From: Oculina patagonica
Lineage: Eukaryota
Assembly (NCBI RefSeq): GCF_052425735.1
Contig: NC_135758.1
Coordinates: 40,424,001 to 40,488,000, forward strand
DNA: 64,000 bases
Reading direction: 5' to 3'
Shown: positions 1 through 12,119 of the stretch, piece by piece
Position numbering within the stretch: position 1 is the stretch's first letter
How the letters are laid out: each line of letters opens with the position of its first letter
Notes under the pieces: generated by a model
Told to the model about the DNA's origin: nothing
Database searches by the model: none
Seen by the model: the letters and a program-made list of their open reading frames with translations, nothing else
Translations under genes and position numbers: made by a program

Positions 1-766
1 ATCTCCACCACTCCACCCCGCTCGTGCTTCACGCTAGCTGTTTCTTTTGCGTTGAATAATAGAGAGGCCATGAACAGTCTAGCGTTCGCGCTGTATACTT
101 TTATTATGTGGAAACGTGAGCACTTTATGGTCAGGGCCGTTTCAGGTTAAGCCTTTCCGCAAACCACTGATGAAATACAGATCTACAAGCTCTCTTCCGC
201 TCTCTTGAGCCATCACGCGAACTCCAGGCCAGTTGCAGCTATCCGGGGCAGCTATATGCTAAATAAAAAAGTTGAGCAATCGGACATTCCACAGAACAAA
301 AGACAGATCTCAGTTTGCCAAAACAACAAATCTGTATTATCCAGACAGTATAATCCTTCTTATCAATGTGACCTGTCGATCGATAAAGCAAATCGCTCTG
401 GTCTCAAAACTTTCACTTGTCCCGACCTTTTGAGGACTAGAATTTCGCAAAAAGAAGGTAAGCGAATTTAAGTATCAATGACTAATTTTATAATTAGTAA
501 TGATGTTTTGCACGGAAAGGTTTTGTTGTAAACAATGTTACCTTATCACGCAAAGGTTGGAGAGGGTTTACATTTCTAGAGGTAAGCTTCGACAATTACT
601 CAGTATTCTGTTGAAAGATTTCCTGCATTGTCACTGAGTCTTGTTGTCGTTGGCTGTGCATCTATCAAAATTGAAACGCTTTGAGAGAACAATGGTTCGT
701 TTCCTTTCACTGCACTTGAGCATCGAGAAACTAATAATTAAACGAGGATGCTTACATTCGCAAAAC

Positions 767-2813
767 ATGATGAGAACAGTAAGCTTATGTGATTTCTTAT
801 CTTTCTCAAGCAGAACTTACTGATGTTGACTTCGATTTAACCTGGATTCCTTTACGCGTCTTTTACTAAAATATTTACTTAATTCGGAAGACAAATACAA
901 CAACATGCAAGTTTAATCCTTATTAACGGCGTTTGATGCTTATGCCTATGCTTTAAATTTTAAGTAGCGAAGTCAAAGAACTGCCTACCAAGACTGATCC
1001 GAGTTCGAAAATTTTACTGCGGAGTGATTTCGATAGACGAATTCGAACTTTGATAATTACATAAAACTAATGCTTGCAAAGATTAATGAGATCTACTGAC
1101 TACATGCATGTGTACACTACAAATAAAGATTTAAATATTTAATACAGCTGTATCCTTTCGGCCAAAATTGCGGGAATTCAGCTTGATCGATCCGCAATGT
1201 GTGCAAAGAGAAGCCCCCATACTAAAGAATTTTGCATCGACTAACGTGTGAAAATTTAAAACCTCTGCACGAATAAAGCTGGAGTAAATTTTTTATTGAA
1301 ATCTCTTATATTAAAAATGCAAATTTTTGCATTTGTATTTATTAGCATTTGTAACATGTATCCAAATACCGTCCTCGTATTGTTTTTAGTGCAGTTTGTG
1401 CACGAAAATAGTTTTCCATGTCCATGCGACACGATCCAAAACTGACGTGACCGACAAATCAAATAAGTCAGTATAAATCGATTTGACGGAAATCCGTTTC
1501 TTAATTCGACTTAATTCAGTTCCCGGCAGCTTGCATGCATGTTTAACCAACCATGCATTAGGCTTCTGTTAACCACTAAAATGCTCTGCCCTTAATGCTC
1601 TATTTTGCTCACTAAAATGCTTGGTGTCCCCCCCAAAATGCCACAAAAATGCTCGAATAATCCTTTTTATACAGATGGAGTTCTTTTAAAATTAATTTCA
1701 AATTTTTAACAGGGTGTTAACGCTAGCATAAACGTATTAACAAACATGGTCGCCTTTGACTTTTCTCGTCAAGTCTCCCCTCAGTTGTATTAGTTTTGCA
1801 TTTCATTTTTTAGTTTAATTTCATTTTCTCTTAATTTTCCGAAAAAATGCCGTTAAAATTCTCGAATAATGCTTAATAATAATGCTCGAATCATGCTTAA
1901 TGCTTTTGCCTCATTAAAATGCTCGGAATGATGGAGACCATGCATCGCTCTCCGCTCCGAACGCATTCAGGCTCGTCCCCATAGCCCTTTCGTTTCTCTT
2001 AGCCTGAAGCCGGCTTGGCACGAGAAAACGAAAGGCTCTGGCAACATAGGATTTTTGAATTAATTCGATTTTTTTTATTGGCTGTTTGGAACAAAGAATT
2101 CCTTAACGGAAGTCGAAAACGTAACGACTTTCTCATGCATTCTTTTAAAACGTCATGACTGCATACATGAGGACCGGAAGTCCTAGAATCTCAGGACTGG
2201 AAATCCTGTGTCCCCAGAGCCCTTCGTTTTCTCGTGCCAAGGCCCAGCCTGCTAATTATAAGAGAAACGAAAGGGCTATGGGGACGAGAATGCTCTGAAC
2301 ATTGAACGAATAAGGCCTGGGTGCGAGTCACCCCAGTCCTCTATCTAAACGAGGGTACACTAGGAGCCGTTATGTTCTCTTTTAGCAGAAAGTTCGCATG
2401 TCCCAAAGAGGGACTGTGATTGACTTACCCAACTGAAACGAAAAGAGAACCCATATTCAGGTTATTTCCAGTGAGGGGTAAAGTAAAGGACTTTATAAAT
2501 GATCAAACCCCTTTTCCCTCTACCCCAACGAGTTCTCTAGATCTAGTTGAACAAAACGTTTGAAGTAATATATCAAACAAGAGAGACAGTGTTTCATCGG
2601 GATATCCAAACACCGAGAAGAGAGTTGAAAATACGACGCGCAGCGGAGTATTTTTGACGAAATTCGAGGCGTTTGGATAGCCGATGAAACACTGTCTCGA
2701 GTGTTTGATATATCTTCTCAATCGAAACAAAAACTACGGAGTAAACGGAGAAATAAAATGGTAAAAATCTATGCTAATTAAGATCGGGTTTCCAAACCAC
2801 CGTCACGGTTATA

Positions 2814-2848
<35 letters not shown>

Positions 2849-5800
2849 GTTTGAGAAGTTAAGAGAGGCTATTCTCATTTTTTTAACTGAAATTTTAAAA
2901 CTTTGGGTCAAACTTCACATTAGACGAAACACCGAGGTTGCCATTAAAACCAGAGCTAAACCAAGCTTGGGATAATGGAGTTCCAGAGACTGAGCTAAGG
3001 ACGATAATTATTTTTTTAGTACACAGCAATGCCTCATGACGTTATCCATTGTTGAAGAAGTGCAAGTTCTAATTCGACAGTGGAAGGTCACTTCCATAAA
3101 CGGTATGTTTAGGAAAGGGAAGAAGTTCACTTAAAACTAGTCTAGTCCCTCGGCGTTCACTCTTCTTAAAATGACTGCCTGGGACGGGCGGACGGGCAAA
3201 CAGATGTCAATGATTGACGACTCACCGTTTGCGACAGACTTGTCTGGGCCAGGAACGCCAAGGGACTATGCTGACTGACCGGATTGACTGCCCGGAGAGG
3301 GAGGAACTATCAATTCTACCGGTTCTATAAGGATTGGCAATAACCAAACGCGACCTTTTCAATACGCAAGAGGTGTACGACAAGGCTGCATTCTGAGTCC
3401 ACTGCTGTTTAACCTATACATTAACGACTTGCCTTTCTCTTTCGACAATATTCTATCTGATCCATTTGTTTTACCCAATGGAACCAAATTAAACTCTCTT
3501 TTATATGCAGATGACTTGATTATACTATCACGATCAAAAACAGGGCTGCAAAATTGTCTCAGTACCTTAGTCCAGTACTGTACATCGTGGATGTTACAGA
3601 TCAATCCTAAGAAAACTAAAATAATGGTTTTTCAAACACGCGCGAAAAAATATGACTGTAACTTTTATATTGGCAAAGAAAAGATTGACACTGTTCAGAA
3701 TTATACTTAAGACGGCACCTTGAAAACCCTCTCTTGCTTGCAAAATTTTTGACACGATGATTTCACCCATTTTGACTTATGATTGCGAAGCCTGGGGTGT
3801 CTTAGCTAAATCAGATTTCAAGTCTTGGGTAGCCTGCGTTGCAGACGAACAAAACCCCGGTATATATATATGCACTATACCGGGGTTTTGCGTCTGCAAC
3901 GCAGGCTAGTCTTGGGACACTTCACCAATTGAAAAAAGTCACTTACAATTTTGCAAACGCTACTTACAAGTTATAACAAGGCATCTAATATTGCATGCAG
4001 GGCTGAAATGGGTCGATTCCCTTTAACCTTTGATATAAATAAACGAATTCTTAAGTACATAAGTTATCTTCAAAATAAAGATCAAAACTCCCTCGCCGTG
4101 CAATCACTGATAATGTCAATAGATCTTCATTGTAATGGTAAAAATAGTTTTTATTCCAATCTTATAAAGATCCTCAATTATTATGACATTTCCTTTAACT
4201 TTAATCATGACACTTTAGATGACACTAAGATAAAGTACCTTGAAGATCAAAGGAAAAAGAAATATATCGCTTATTGGAAACATTCTCTTTGTAATTCGCA
4301 AAAACTAGAATTTTATAATACTTTTAAAGTCAGTTATACACCTTCACCCTATTTAGATTTGACTAGAAAAAATCCTAATCGAAAAACGCTTGTGAAACTC
4401 AGAATAAGTAATCACAAACTCCTGATTGAAACAGGAAGATATAACAATATCCCCAGAAGTGACAGACTTTGCACTATTTGTGGGCATAATGTTAAAGATC
4501 CCGGGTGAAGATGAAACCCATTTTCTATTTCATTGTCCAAGATATTCATCAATTAGAGACACTGATCTTTTTCAATAAAATAGATCATATAATTTCGAAT
4601 CCCGAGCAGTTATCAATTTTAACCTTGATTGTGCAATTAATGAACTCCACTGACTATTATATTAATATGCAATTAGTGCAGTTTATATCGTCTTGTATTG
4701 AATTGAGAGACAAATTATTATCAAATTCTTGATCACTGATTATTTGATTAGTTTTGTTTAATGACTTTTTATTGTAATTATTACTATTATATATTACCCT
4801 ATGCTTTTGCAATACTGTAATGTTTTATGGTCATGCAAATAAAGCTCAAATGTTGTTGTTTATCTTACAAAAGCTATACGGGTATGTGTTTATCTAAATC
4901 AGGCTGTTTGATGAAGAGATGTGGTATACAATTAAGCTCTGCGATGGAGTAGCTTATTTGAGCTTTTTTTGGTCTGAGACGGCGTGGGGTTCCTAGACCC
5001 CAGCGGAACATCCCCACCCAAACTTTTTTAAGTACCCCCCTGGGAATTGACCGGCTTGGTGTGATTCGTCAGTGAGATAAGCCTTTATTTAAATAGGGTT
5101 ACTCCATCAGCTTTACAATAAAAACTGTTATCCTTAGAGGCCCTAGTAAAAAGTAAAAATTAAAAAGTCGCTAAAAGTCTTACAGTGTACCTAAAATGGA
5201 AGTTAAAACAAACAGTGCTTACATTGTTTGTAGGGAAACTCGATGTTAATTTCTTCTCTTTTTCTCTCACGCAGGTTTGAGTGGTTCTCTAATTGCGGTG
5301 TTTGCTCTTGCTGTCCTGTTCGAGTTCATGTCATCTTATCACAGTTACCTTGATCCTCTTTCCGCCAGTAGATATGCAACTCGGGAACCTTCCAGAATCA
5401 GAAGGTTTGTATGCAACATTGCAGATTTATGGAGGCGAACCATCCCGCTATTTTTTAGTAAAAGTAGATTCTAGCAGTATGGCTAGACAACGGTAGTCAC
5501 CTCTTTGTCAGCGCCCGACAGAAACATTTATCTTGGTTTCAATTTAAATAAATTAAGCGAAACTTTAATTCAGGGCTTATATTAGAAAACTTGTCTGCTT
5601 CTTTTTTATATTTCAGGATACAAGAGCACCTTTTAAGGACAGGTTCTTATCTCTTGACAGCCATAGCAGGTTATCTGTTAATGATGGTGGTTCACACACG
5701 GAACGTTTGGCTCTTCGCGTCTATTGTCGCTGGATTAGGCTTCGGATATTTTCTATCAAACCCGCTGTACACATGGTATCGCAGTAGGGAATTCGGAAAC

Positions 5801-5857
5801 GTTGAAAGAATTCATGAGCAGAGAAAAGCCGAGAAAAAACAGTTATTACAGAAGTAA
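767..5857 (+). CDS. Ctr/SLC31-family copper transporter-like protein, 4 exons, ~152 aa
   Basis: Exons 767-778 (MMRT; alternative ATG at 692), 3027-3102 (QCLMTLSIVEEVQVLIRQWKVTSING), 5275-5404 (LSGSLIAVFALAVLFEF, TM1), 5617-5857 (HLLRTGSYLLTAIAGYLLMMVVHTRNVWLFASIVAGLGFGYFL, TM2/TM3 with GxxxG). All introns GT-AG and phases close. Aligns by eye to CTR1/CTR2 (HLLQT..YFLMLIFMTYN..AGAGTGYFLF). Confidence 0.85.
1964..2292. mobile_element. MITE with TIRs (CTCGTCCCCATAGCCCTTTCG...CGAAAGGGCTATGGGGACGAG)
   Basis: Clear terminal and subterminal inverted repeats; degenerate 9-bp flanking duplication ctccgaacg/ctctgaaca. Confidence 0.75.
2563..2857 (+). repeat. Interspersed palindromic repeat (second copy at ~17163-17475)
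   Basis: Internal inverted repeat TATATCAAAC..GTGTTTCATCGG / CCGATGAAACAC..GTTTGATATA; same sequence family recurs in the STPG3 intron. Confidence 0.8.
3330..4860 (+). mobile_element. Degenerate non-LTR retrotransposon (LINE, RTEX/L2-like) 3' portion in Ctr intron 2
   Basis: RT motifs RGVRQGCILSPLLFNLYINDL and LLYADDL (3360-3710); C-terminal AEMGRFPL, LRISNHKLLIETGRY, CxxC..EDETHFLFHC (3951-4730); AATAAA then (TTG)n tail near 4838-4860; interrupted and frameshifted. Confidence 0.85.
3830..3908. mobile_element. 79-bp hAT-like mini-MITE
   Basis: TAGCCTGCGTTGCAGACG...CGTCTGCAACGCAGGCTA with exact 8-bp TSD GTCTTGGG (3822-3829, 3909-3916). Related element at ~56722-56910. Confidence 0.85.
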
Positions 5858-6428
5858 GGAGAAACGAATTCAAAGCTAGGACTGACATATTAATTTGCTG
5901 CAATGGTTTCTAGGTTTTTTTGTCCGGATCAGCCCTTTTGGGAAGAGAGGAAAAGACACTAAGAAGAGAAAGAACTAGAGAGTCAATTTACTCTACTCTG
6001 TATGAGGTTTGACCATGATTATCTCCACATCATTGGCGTTTAACAGTCAAGACAATCATTGATAAATACTGAAATTCATGCGCAGAGCTAAGTGTTCGGC
6101 ATATGGTTCTGCACATGTTTAACAACCAACAGAGCAAAACGTTCACTAGCGCAGTTTGCTGTAAGACCGATTCAGACGAATTTATAATGAAAATGGAGAG
6201 GCTTAAAAGTTATCAGAAAAGCAGAGTTTATCTTGATATCTATAAACTTGATTTCTGTTCACTTGCGCATTAGATGCGCGTTTAAAATCAGCTCATTGTG
6301 ATTGTTAGATTTTTCGGATGTTGTGGTTACGTTTATTTTTTTATAGCCATACTAATAGTTGTTCGGGTTGTAGCCAGGCATGTTAAAAAATTCGAATTAA
6401 TAAGTTGACACTGGCTAAAAATATTGTT

Positions 6429-6467
6429 TTTGGACGTTTCGGCCACTACACCACCATCCCCAGCAAA
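6429..6467 (-). ncRNA. Degenerate minimal type-I hammerhead ribozyme motif (Penelope-associated type)
   Basis: Minus strand TTTG-CTGGGGA-TGGT...GGCC-GAAA-CGTC-CAAA: 4-bp stem I, core CUGANGA with one mismatch, stem II, GAAA, palindromic ACGT, GUC site. Confidence 0.45.
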
Positions 6468-7765
6468 TTTCAAATTTTAATCCAATAACTGATAAAGTAC
6501 AACGCTCCCTTCAGACCAGAAATCGCCGTTTAACAGCAAGGAATCAAACACTGGCTACAGGTCATACAAGTTGCAAAGGGTTTGCAAAGAGCAATTCTAC
6601 TCGCCAAAACCAAGATGGCGGATCACAACAGGAATGAGTCAGCACGACTAGTTCCCATTGCTTTTCGGTCAGATACAAGGGGATAAATCGAGCGATCGAT
6701 CTACAGTGGAAGGCACACAGGCACGAATTTACAACGTTTATAACGAAACTAGAAGAGCCAAAAAGTGAAAAAAAGTCCATATCAACACACTCCACCGCCA
6801 TTTTGTACATATGAAGTACTGTAAACACAGTCCACAGTCTTCTGAAGTTGTAGTTTAACTTTCAAACAGGGCGATTTGTCTCTTCTTCTAGTGTTAAGTA
6901 AGGATGAACGACATGGACCCAAAGTTTTGGTCGGCGGTCCTTTTTTTCATTTTTTTCTCGGCAGGCGCGATGAATGAGAAGGCCTGATCGAAGGTTGTTA
7001 CATGAGCACCTTCTCCTTCCCCCCTTCCCCCCCCCCCCCCCCAACACACACACCCTTTCTCATTACTCGAACGCCCAGGACTGGCCATAATTAAGGCACA
7101 AAGTCCGACGAGAGCGGTTTGAAAGGCATTCGTTTTTCCTAAGACAAATTCTTGATTTACAAAGCATTAGTATCTAAGTAGAAATTTGATGCCCTTCGCT
7201 AAGCTTCGCCATTTGTTACACTTATACAACATTCAACACAGTGGCTTTGTCATTGTTCTCATTTTATTACAGAAAACATTCTTACTAGTGCCGTGAGAGT
7301 TTTAGGAAAAGTTCTTTTTTTTAAAAAAAAAATAGAGAGAAACATGTAAAAACCTATTTTAAAAATAATATAATATTATAGATTTGTCCCTTAACTTTAA
7401 TTTGAAATGCCAAATGATGACTTAATTATGGTAAAAAATATGTCTTTAGATAAAAATAAAATTAACAAATAACGACTCCTATAAAACGATTTCACTTATC
7501 AAAAATGTTTTTCTTGGCAACCTCCAAAAATCCGCAAAATATATCTCTCTTCATTGAAAAGTGAATCGTTTTTTCATTATCTGAGTAAAATGTTTGCTAA
7601 GTAATGCGACATATTACCTGATCTTCGTCTATTGTTTTACGTTATTTTATAAAAGGGAAAATTCGGTAACACCGTTCACTAAGTAATCACCAGCTTCCAG
7701 TTGACATCCGTACGTTTTGAACGTGGAGGAATGGGAATGAGAGGTTTCCATAGTACATAGCTTGC

Positions 7766-10700
7766 CTAATAAAATTTCTTTGGGTCCTGTAGCAGGTGCC
7801 AGTGTGCTACAGGTTTGTTAGCGGTGCGAACTTCCCGCCAATGACCAAGTTCTTTGCCTGTGGCATGCGCGCCAATCGGTACGCAGCCGATTACCTCGTT
7901 TTCATGCATGACCGACAGAAGTAGGTCAACTGAGTTCAAAGCGTCCATTGCTATGTCAAACGAGACAGCCTCGTTAAACACAGGATTAAGTGTTCCCTTT
8001 CTGACAGAAGTTTTCTTCTTTTTAACGCGTTTTCCTGCCGCGAGTAGGTAGACTTTAACATAAGGATCTACGAATAAAAAAGTAAAGAATAGCAATTAAT
8101 AACTTGTGCGTAAAAAACCAAATTGATTGCAAGGCTGGTACAACGGCCGGAGGGCAAGATTTATTGGCCAATATTTCAGTACTATAATGATATAGTACTG
8201 GCCCTGAAGAAGACTAGCTCTGCTAGTTGAAATATTGGCCAATAAATCTTGCCCTCCGGCCGTTGTACCAGCCTTGCAATCAATTTGGTTTTATAAGCAT
8301 TTAGAGTGACGTCTGGTACGAGCATTTCTTGAACAAGAGATCCGGCAGCAGCAAGCCAAGCAGTTTTTTCTTCGTTGCGTGGTCCCCTGCATCCAAACTG
8401 TTTTTGTGCGTACATATTAGAGCGAGCTGTGACCCTTCTTCCTCAAAGATTAACTTTGAGTTGAAAAATGAGATCGTAACTTTTTACTCTTTTACTCTGG
8501 GGAGAAAATAAATTGAAAACATCGACCAAGTATTCTTTTCATGTGGTACTGTTTTCTACGCTGCATAAGGTGGTTATAATCTGTGTATGAAATCTAGAGT
8601 GTTACCATTCAGATGATAACTGCATGTCAATTATTGCTTTTTTTCAATTTATCCCCAGCAATGACATTTTAGAAATTTTGTATTTCGGCACTTTAAGGAG
8701 GTATAGGGTTGCAACGAAGAAAACGGCGTGTTTAATTGTTGTTTGAAGCGTTTTGTTCAGTTCCAAAATATTCGATTCTTTTTGAAAATACATGTTTATC
8801 TAGCTAAAACGTAATACGAATTAAACTTATTTGGTGAAAAACAGTAGACTTTTTTTTCGCTTCTCGCCCCGCCCCGCCTCCTCCCCCCCGCGCGTATTTT
8901 TTTTTCGGTTCAAGCTCGACGGACTCTTCGAAAAAAAATTTTTGCTTCAACCTCGACGGACTCTGCGAAAAAATAGGGACTGCTCGTAGTCTAGAAAAAC
9001 AGCTAATCATTTGCATTTGCTAGAAAGACGATTTCTAAAACTTTAAACTAAAGGTTTCAGTTTTTTTGCAATTCTAGTTTTTATTGAACTTTTGCGTGCG
9101 ACATATCACTTGACTTATATCACCAACCTGTTCCCTTGATATTGACTGCTGGTAGATTGCGGGCCTTGATGACGACAACAGTTAGTCTCTCCGCAGACTT
9201 GAGGTAACCAAGCGAGACCATCAATTCGCCTAAAGCAACTTGTTTCTAAAGGAAAATAAAGATAAAACCAATTCAAATGCGGACTATTGTGCAGGTTTTA
9301 TCTGCTCTAAAAAAGCAATAGGTTGCAGTAAGGTTGACGCTTCTAACAAAGAGATCATAAGTTTTATGACTGCGATTGGTTGAGAGGACCGTCGTCTGAA
9401 GAACAAAAAGGATCTTTTTATATAAGACGGCTACTAGTACCATGTGCCTACCTTCAGACTCGGTCTGATGTCAGTTCGAAACACATTGTCCTGAGATAGT
9501 GATAAATCCGCTAACGGCAGAACCACTTGTCCAATTACATCGTGACGTGAAGAAGAGTCAAATGACAGGAACGTTAGCCATAAGGTTTGCAGTTGGAGTT
9601 CCTTGTAAGATAACTAAGCAATAACAAAAAAGCATTGTAAGCAAAGTTTAGTTTAAAGGTCTGGTATTAAAATGCCGTGAACTTTCTCTAAATTTTTTGA
9701 AATTTAAATTTGTTTATTGATTGTTATGTATTTTGCTCTCATTGAATGACATGTCTGTAAACTGGCTTAACATAACGTGCATCTCGCTACTTCATGAACT
9801 ATGAAGTACATGAAGTACTTTTAGTACTATGTCCCGAAATTAATTTATATTTTCTTATCTCTAACGTGGAAGTCACCAGTTGTAGTTCTGCATAGAATTT
9901 GATTGGCTACAGGTCACGTGGATGCTAGCTAGTTTCTTATTGGTCCACAACTGCAAGACCTACGCACAAATGAAAACAGCGAACACGACCCAAGGGTCTT
10001 CCTGGCTTCCAAAACCAAGACGGCGGTTGTATGTCCGAAAACAAATTGGAAACGAGGTTGCAAAACAAGGACTTTTACAAACGAAGGTGAATATCATTCG
10101 ACCACGTAGGCACGCAATCCGTGCAGAGAGCGACACATTTTATTAATTCCTTTACCTCAAATTCGAAAGTCTCGTCGAAGCGAGGATTGGTAGTTTTCTT
10201 GTGCACCGTAGACTGCAGCTGATGCCGGTAATCAGGCAGTAGTTGTACTATGACGTAAGGGTTGCAAGGCTTGCTCCATTCCTTTTCAAGGGGTGACAGA
10301 TTGAGCGCCTTGACGAGCCGTACAGTGAGCACTGAACGGTGCTGATCGTACTTGACTATAAAATGAGCCTGTCCAAGATTGTAAGGAGAAGAACGGCCAT
10401 CTGCGATACCGAAAGTGAGACCGTTTTCGTCCTCCTGTGCAATAAAGAGTAAAAACAACACTATGTCAGGTGAACGTCTCAAGTCTCTTGCTTGCACGTG
10501 ATGGGTATAGCCTTCCCCCGCCCCAACTAACTGCCCCTGGGTCTCCGAGGATGGGATAATGGTGGAGAGTCTCTACCTTCTGCCTGATCAAATATCGGCA
10601 ATCTGTCAGTTTTCCTAATAGCACGTTCTCAAAATTGTCGCTACAGTGGAACACGCACTGCCTGGGGCGACTTAAAATGCATGTTAAGTTAGACAAAGAT

Positions 10701-12119
10701 AAAGATTTTCTTTTTATCTCCCTCCCCCATGGGGTAATCCGGTATGCATTATTGTTTGTGATTATCTTTCGCTCGCTCTGTGATCTAGAGAGGTTGTAAA
10801 CAGTTTTATTGCGTAACTCTACGCAAACTTGCTTTTAAAGAGCATTTTCTCTTGGCCAGAAATGAATTTAAAACCACGAGGGAAATTAATTTGCGTGAGC
10901 CGGCTGCACGTAGGCTAGGAGGAAATGTACTCTAGAAACAATTATTTTAACGAAAAACAACAAATCAAATGACAAGGAATAAATCGTTATTATATTTCTG
11001 TTCGACGCACCTCAGCAACCGTTGTATAAAGACTCGGATCCAGGCTTCCCAGATCATCAAAGAATGATGGAGTGCTGGGTGACCTGGGAGACAGTGGAGT
11101 GGTAGGACTCAGGGGTACTGATGGAAAGTCCGTGACGGAGCGTCTGACGAGAAGAGGCTGGACATGAACTTCATGAACCTCACCAACTGGAACAGAAAGC
11201 AAGACGCAACAATCTATCAATTTATACATTATAGGTTCAATACCGGGGCATACGGACTGCATTAGTATTCGCGGTATTTCACTGTAGAGCTCTACACAAG
11301 AATATCTCGAAGGTCCGTTGATGGTGTTCAAAGCGCTCTTGAATGAACGTCTCTGTAACCTGTGTGCAACAGTGCAAGCTCTCTTAGGGGGCTTATGAGA
11401 GCTTGCTCGCAGACTAATGTTTTGTAAATCAGTTCCCGACCTTACATGAGAGGTAACCAAACTAGTCTTTAAGAATGACTGTGTAATAGAGCGAGCTTAA
11501 CTGTTCTACTACATGCCATTAATTCAGAGTTGTCTTTTACTAATTACAAACAGCAAAAAAAAAACTTTAGTTGAGGACGAAAGATCTTTGTAGAGGTCAA
11601 TCCTTAATCCTGAATGATCGTTTATCAGCTTTTGCAAAACCTGAAGTTCGGAAAACTATCACCGCTTGCGATCAGCTATGGTACAAGAAAGTAAAGCCTT
11701 GTTAGCCTTGACGCACATACCGCTATGCGCTTAAACACTGGTTTCTGTAGCATGGAGCGGCTAAGAGTTTTGCTACTTCCCCTAGATGGATGCAAGTCCA
11801 TCACAGGCCTATCAGATATATGGGGAAATTTAAGTTTGTTGTTTTTTGTTTGTTTTTGTCACTTACCAGAGTAAGGAGGTTCGGTTGGCGGTTTAACCGA
11901 AGCTTCAAGTCGCTTGGGACTCGGTGGAGTATCCGTGGCCGAAGTTGGTCCGTCCACGTCCGAAGGCGTTCCGATGATGAAACCGTAGTTATGAGGCAAT
12001 TTCCGATTGTCCCGTCGGATGACGTAAGCTCTGTACGACAACACACCGACGTATACGAGTGTCACGAGCAGCAACAGACCAATCAGAATGTACGCTACGA
12101 TCCATGCTGCTATAGACAT
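7766..12119 (-). CDS. Synaptotagmin-like protein (N-terminal TM plus tandem C2A/C2B), 6 coding exons, ~429 aa
   Basis: Exons 12119-11867 (TM WIVAYILIGLLLLVTLVYVGVL), 11186-11011, 10434-10156 (C2A: PYVIVQLLPD..KKTTNPRFDETFEF), 9613-9452, 9245-9128 (GELMVSLGYLKSAERLTVVVIKARNL), 8067-7766 (DPYVKVYL..KKKKTSVRKGTLNPVFNEAVSF..VAHWHLL). Phases close. Confidence 0.92.
8114..8292. repeat. Long perfect palindromic element with two internal hairpins
   Basis: ~65-bp arms 8114-8178 and 8228-8292 are reverse complements; inner hairpins GTACTATA-atga-TATAGTAC and ACTAGC-tct-GCTAGT. Confidence 0.85.
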
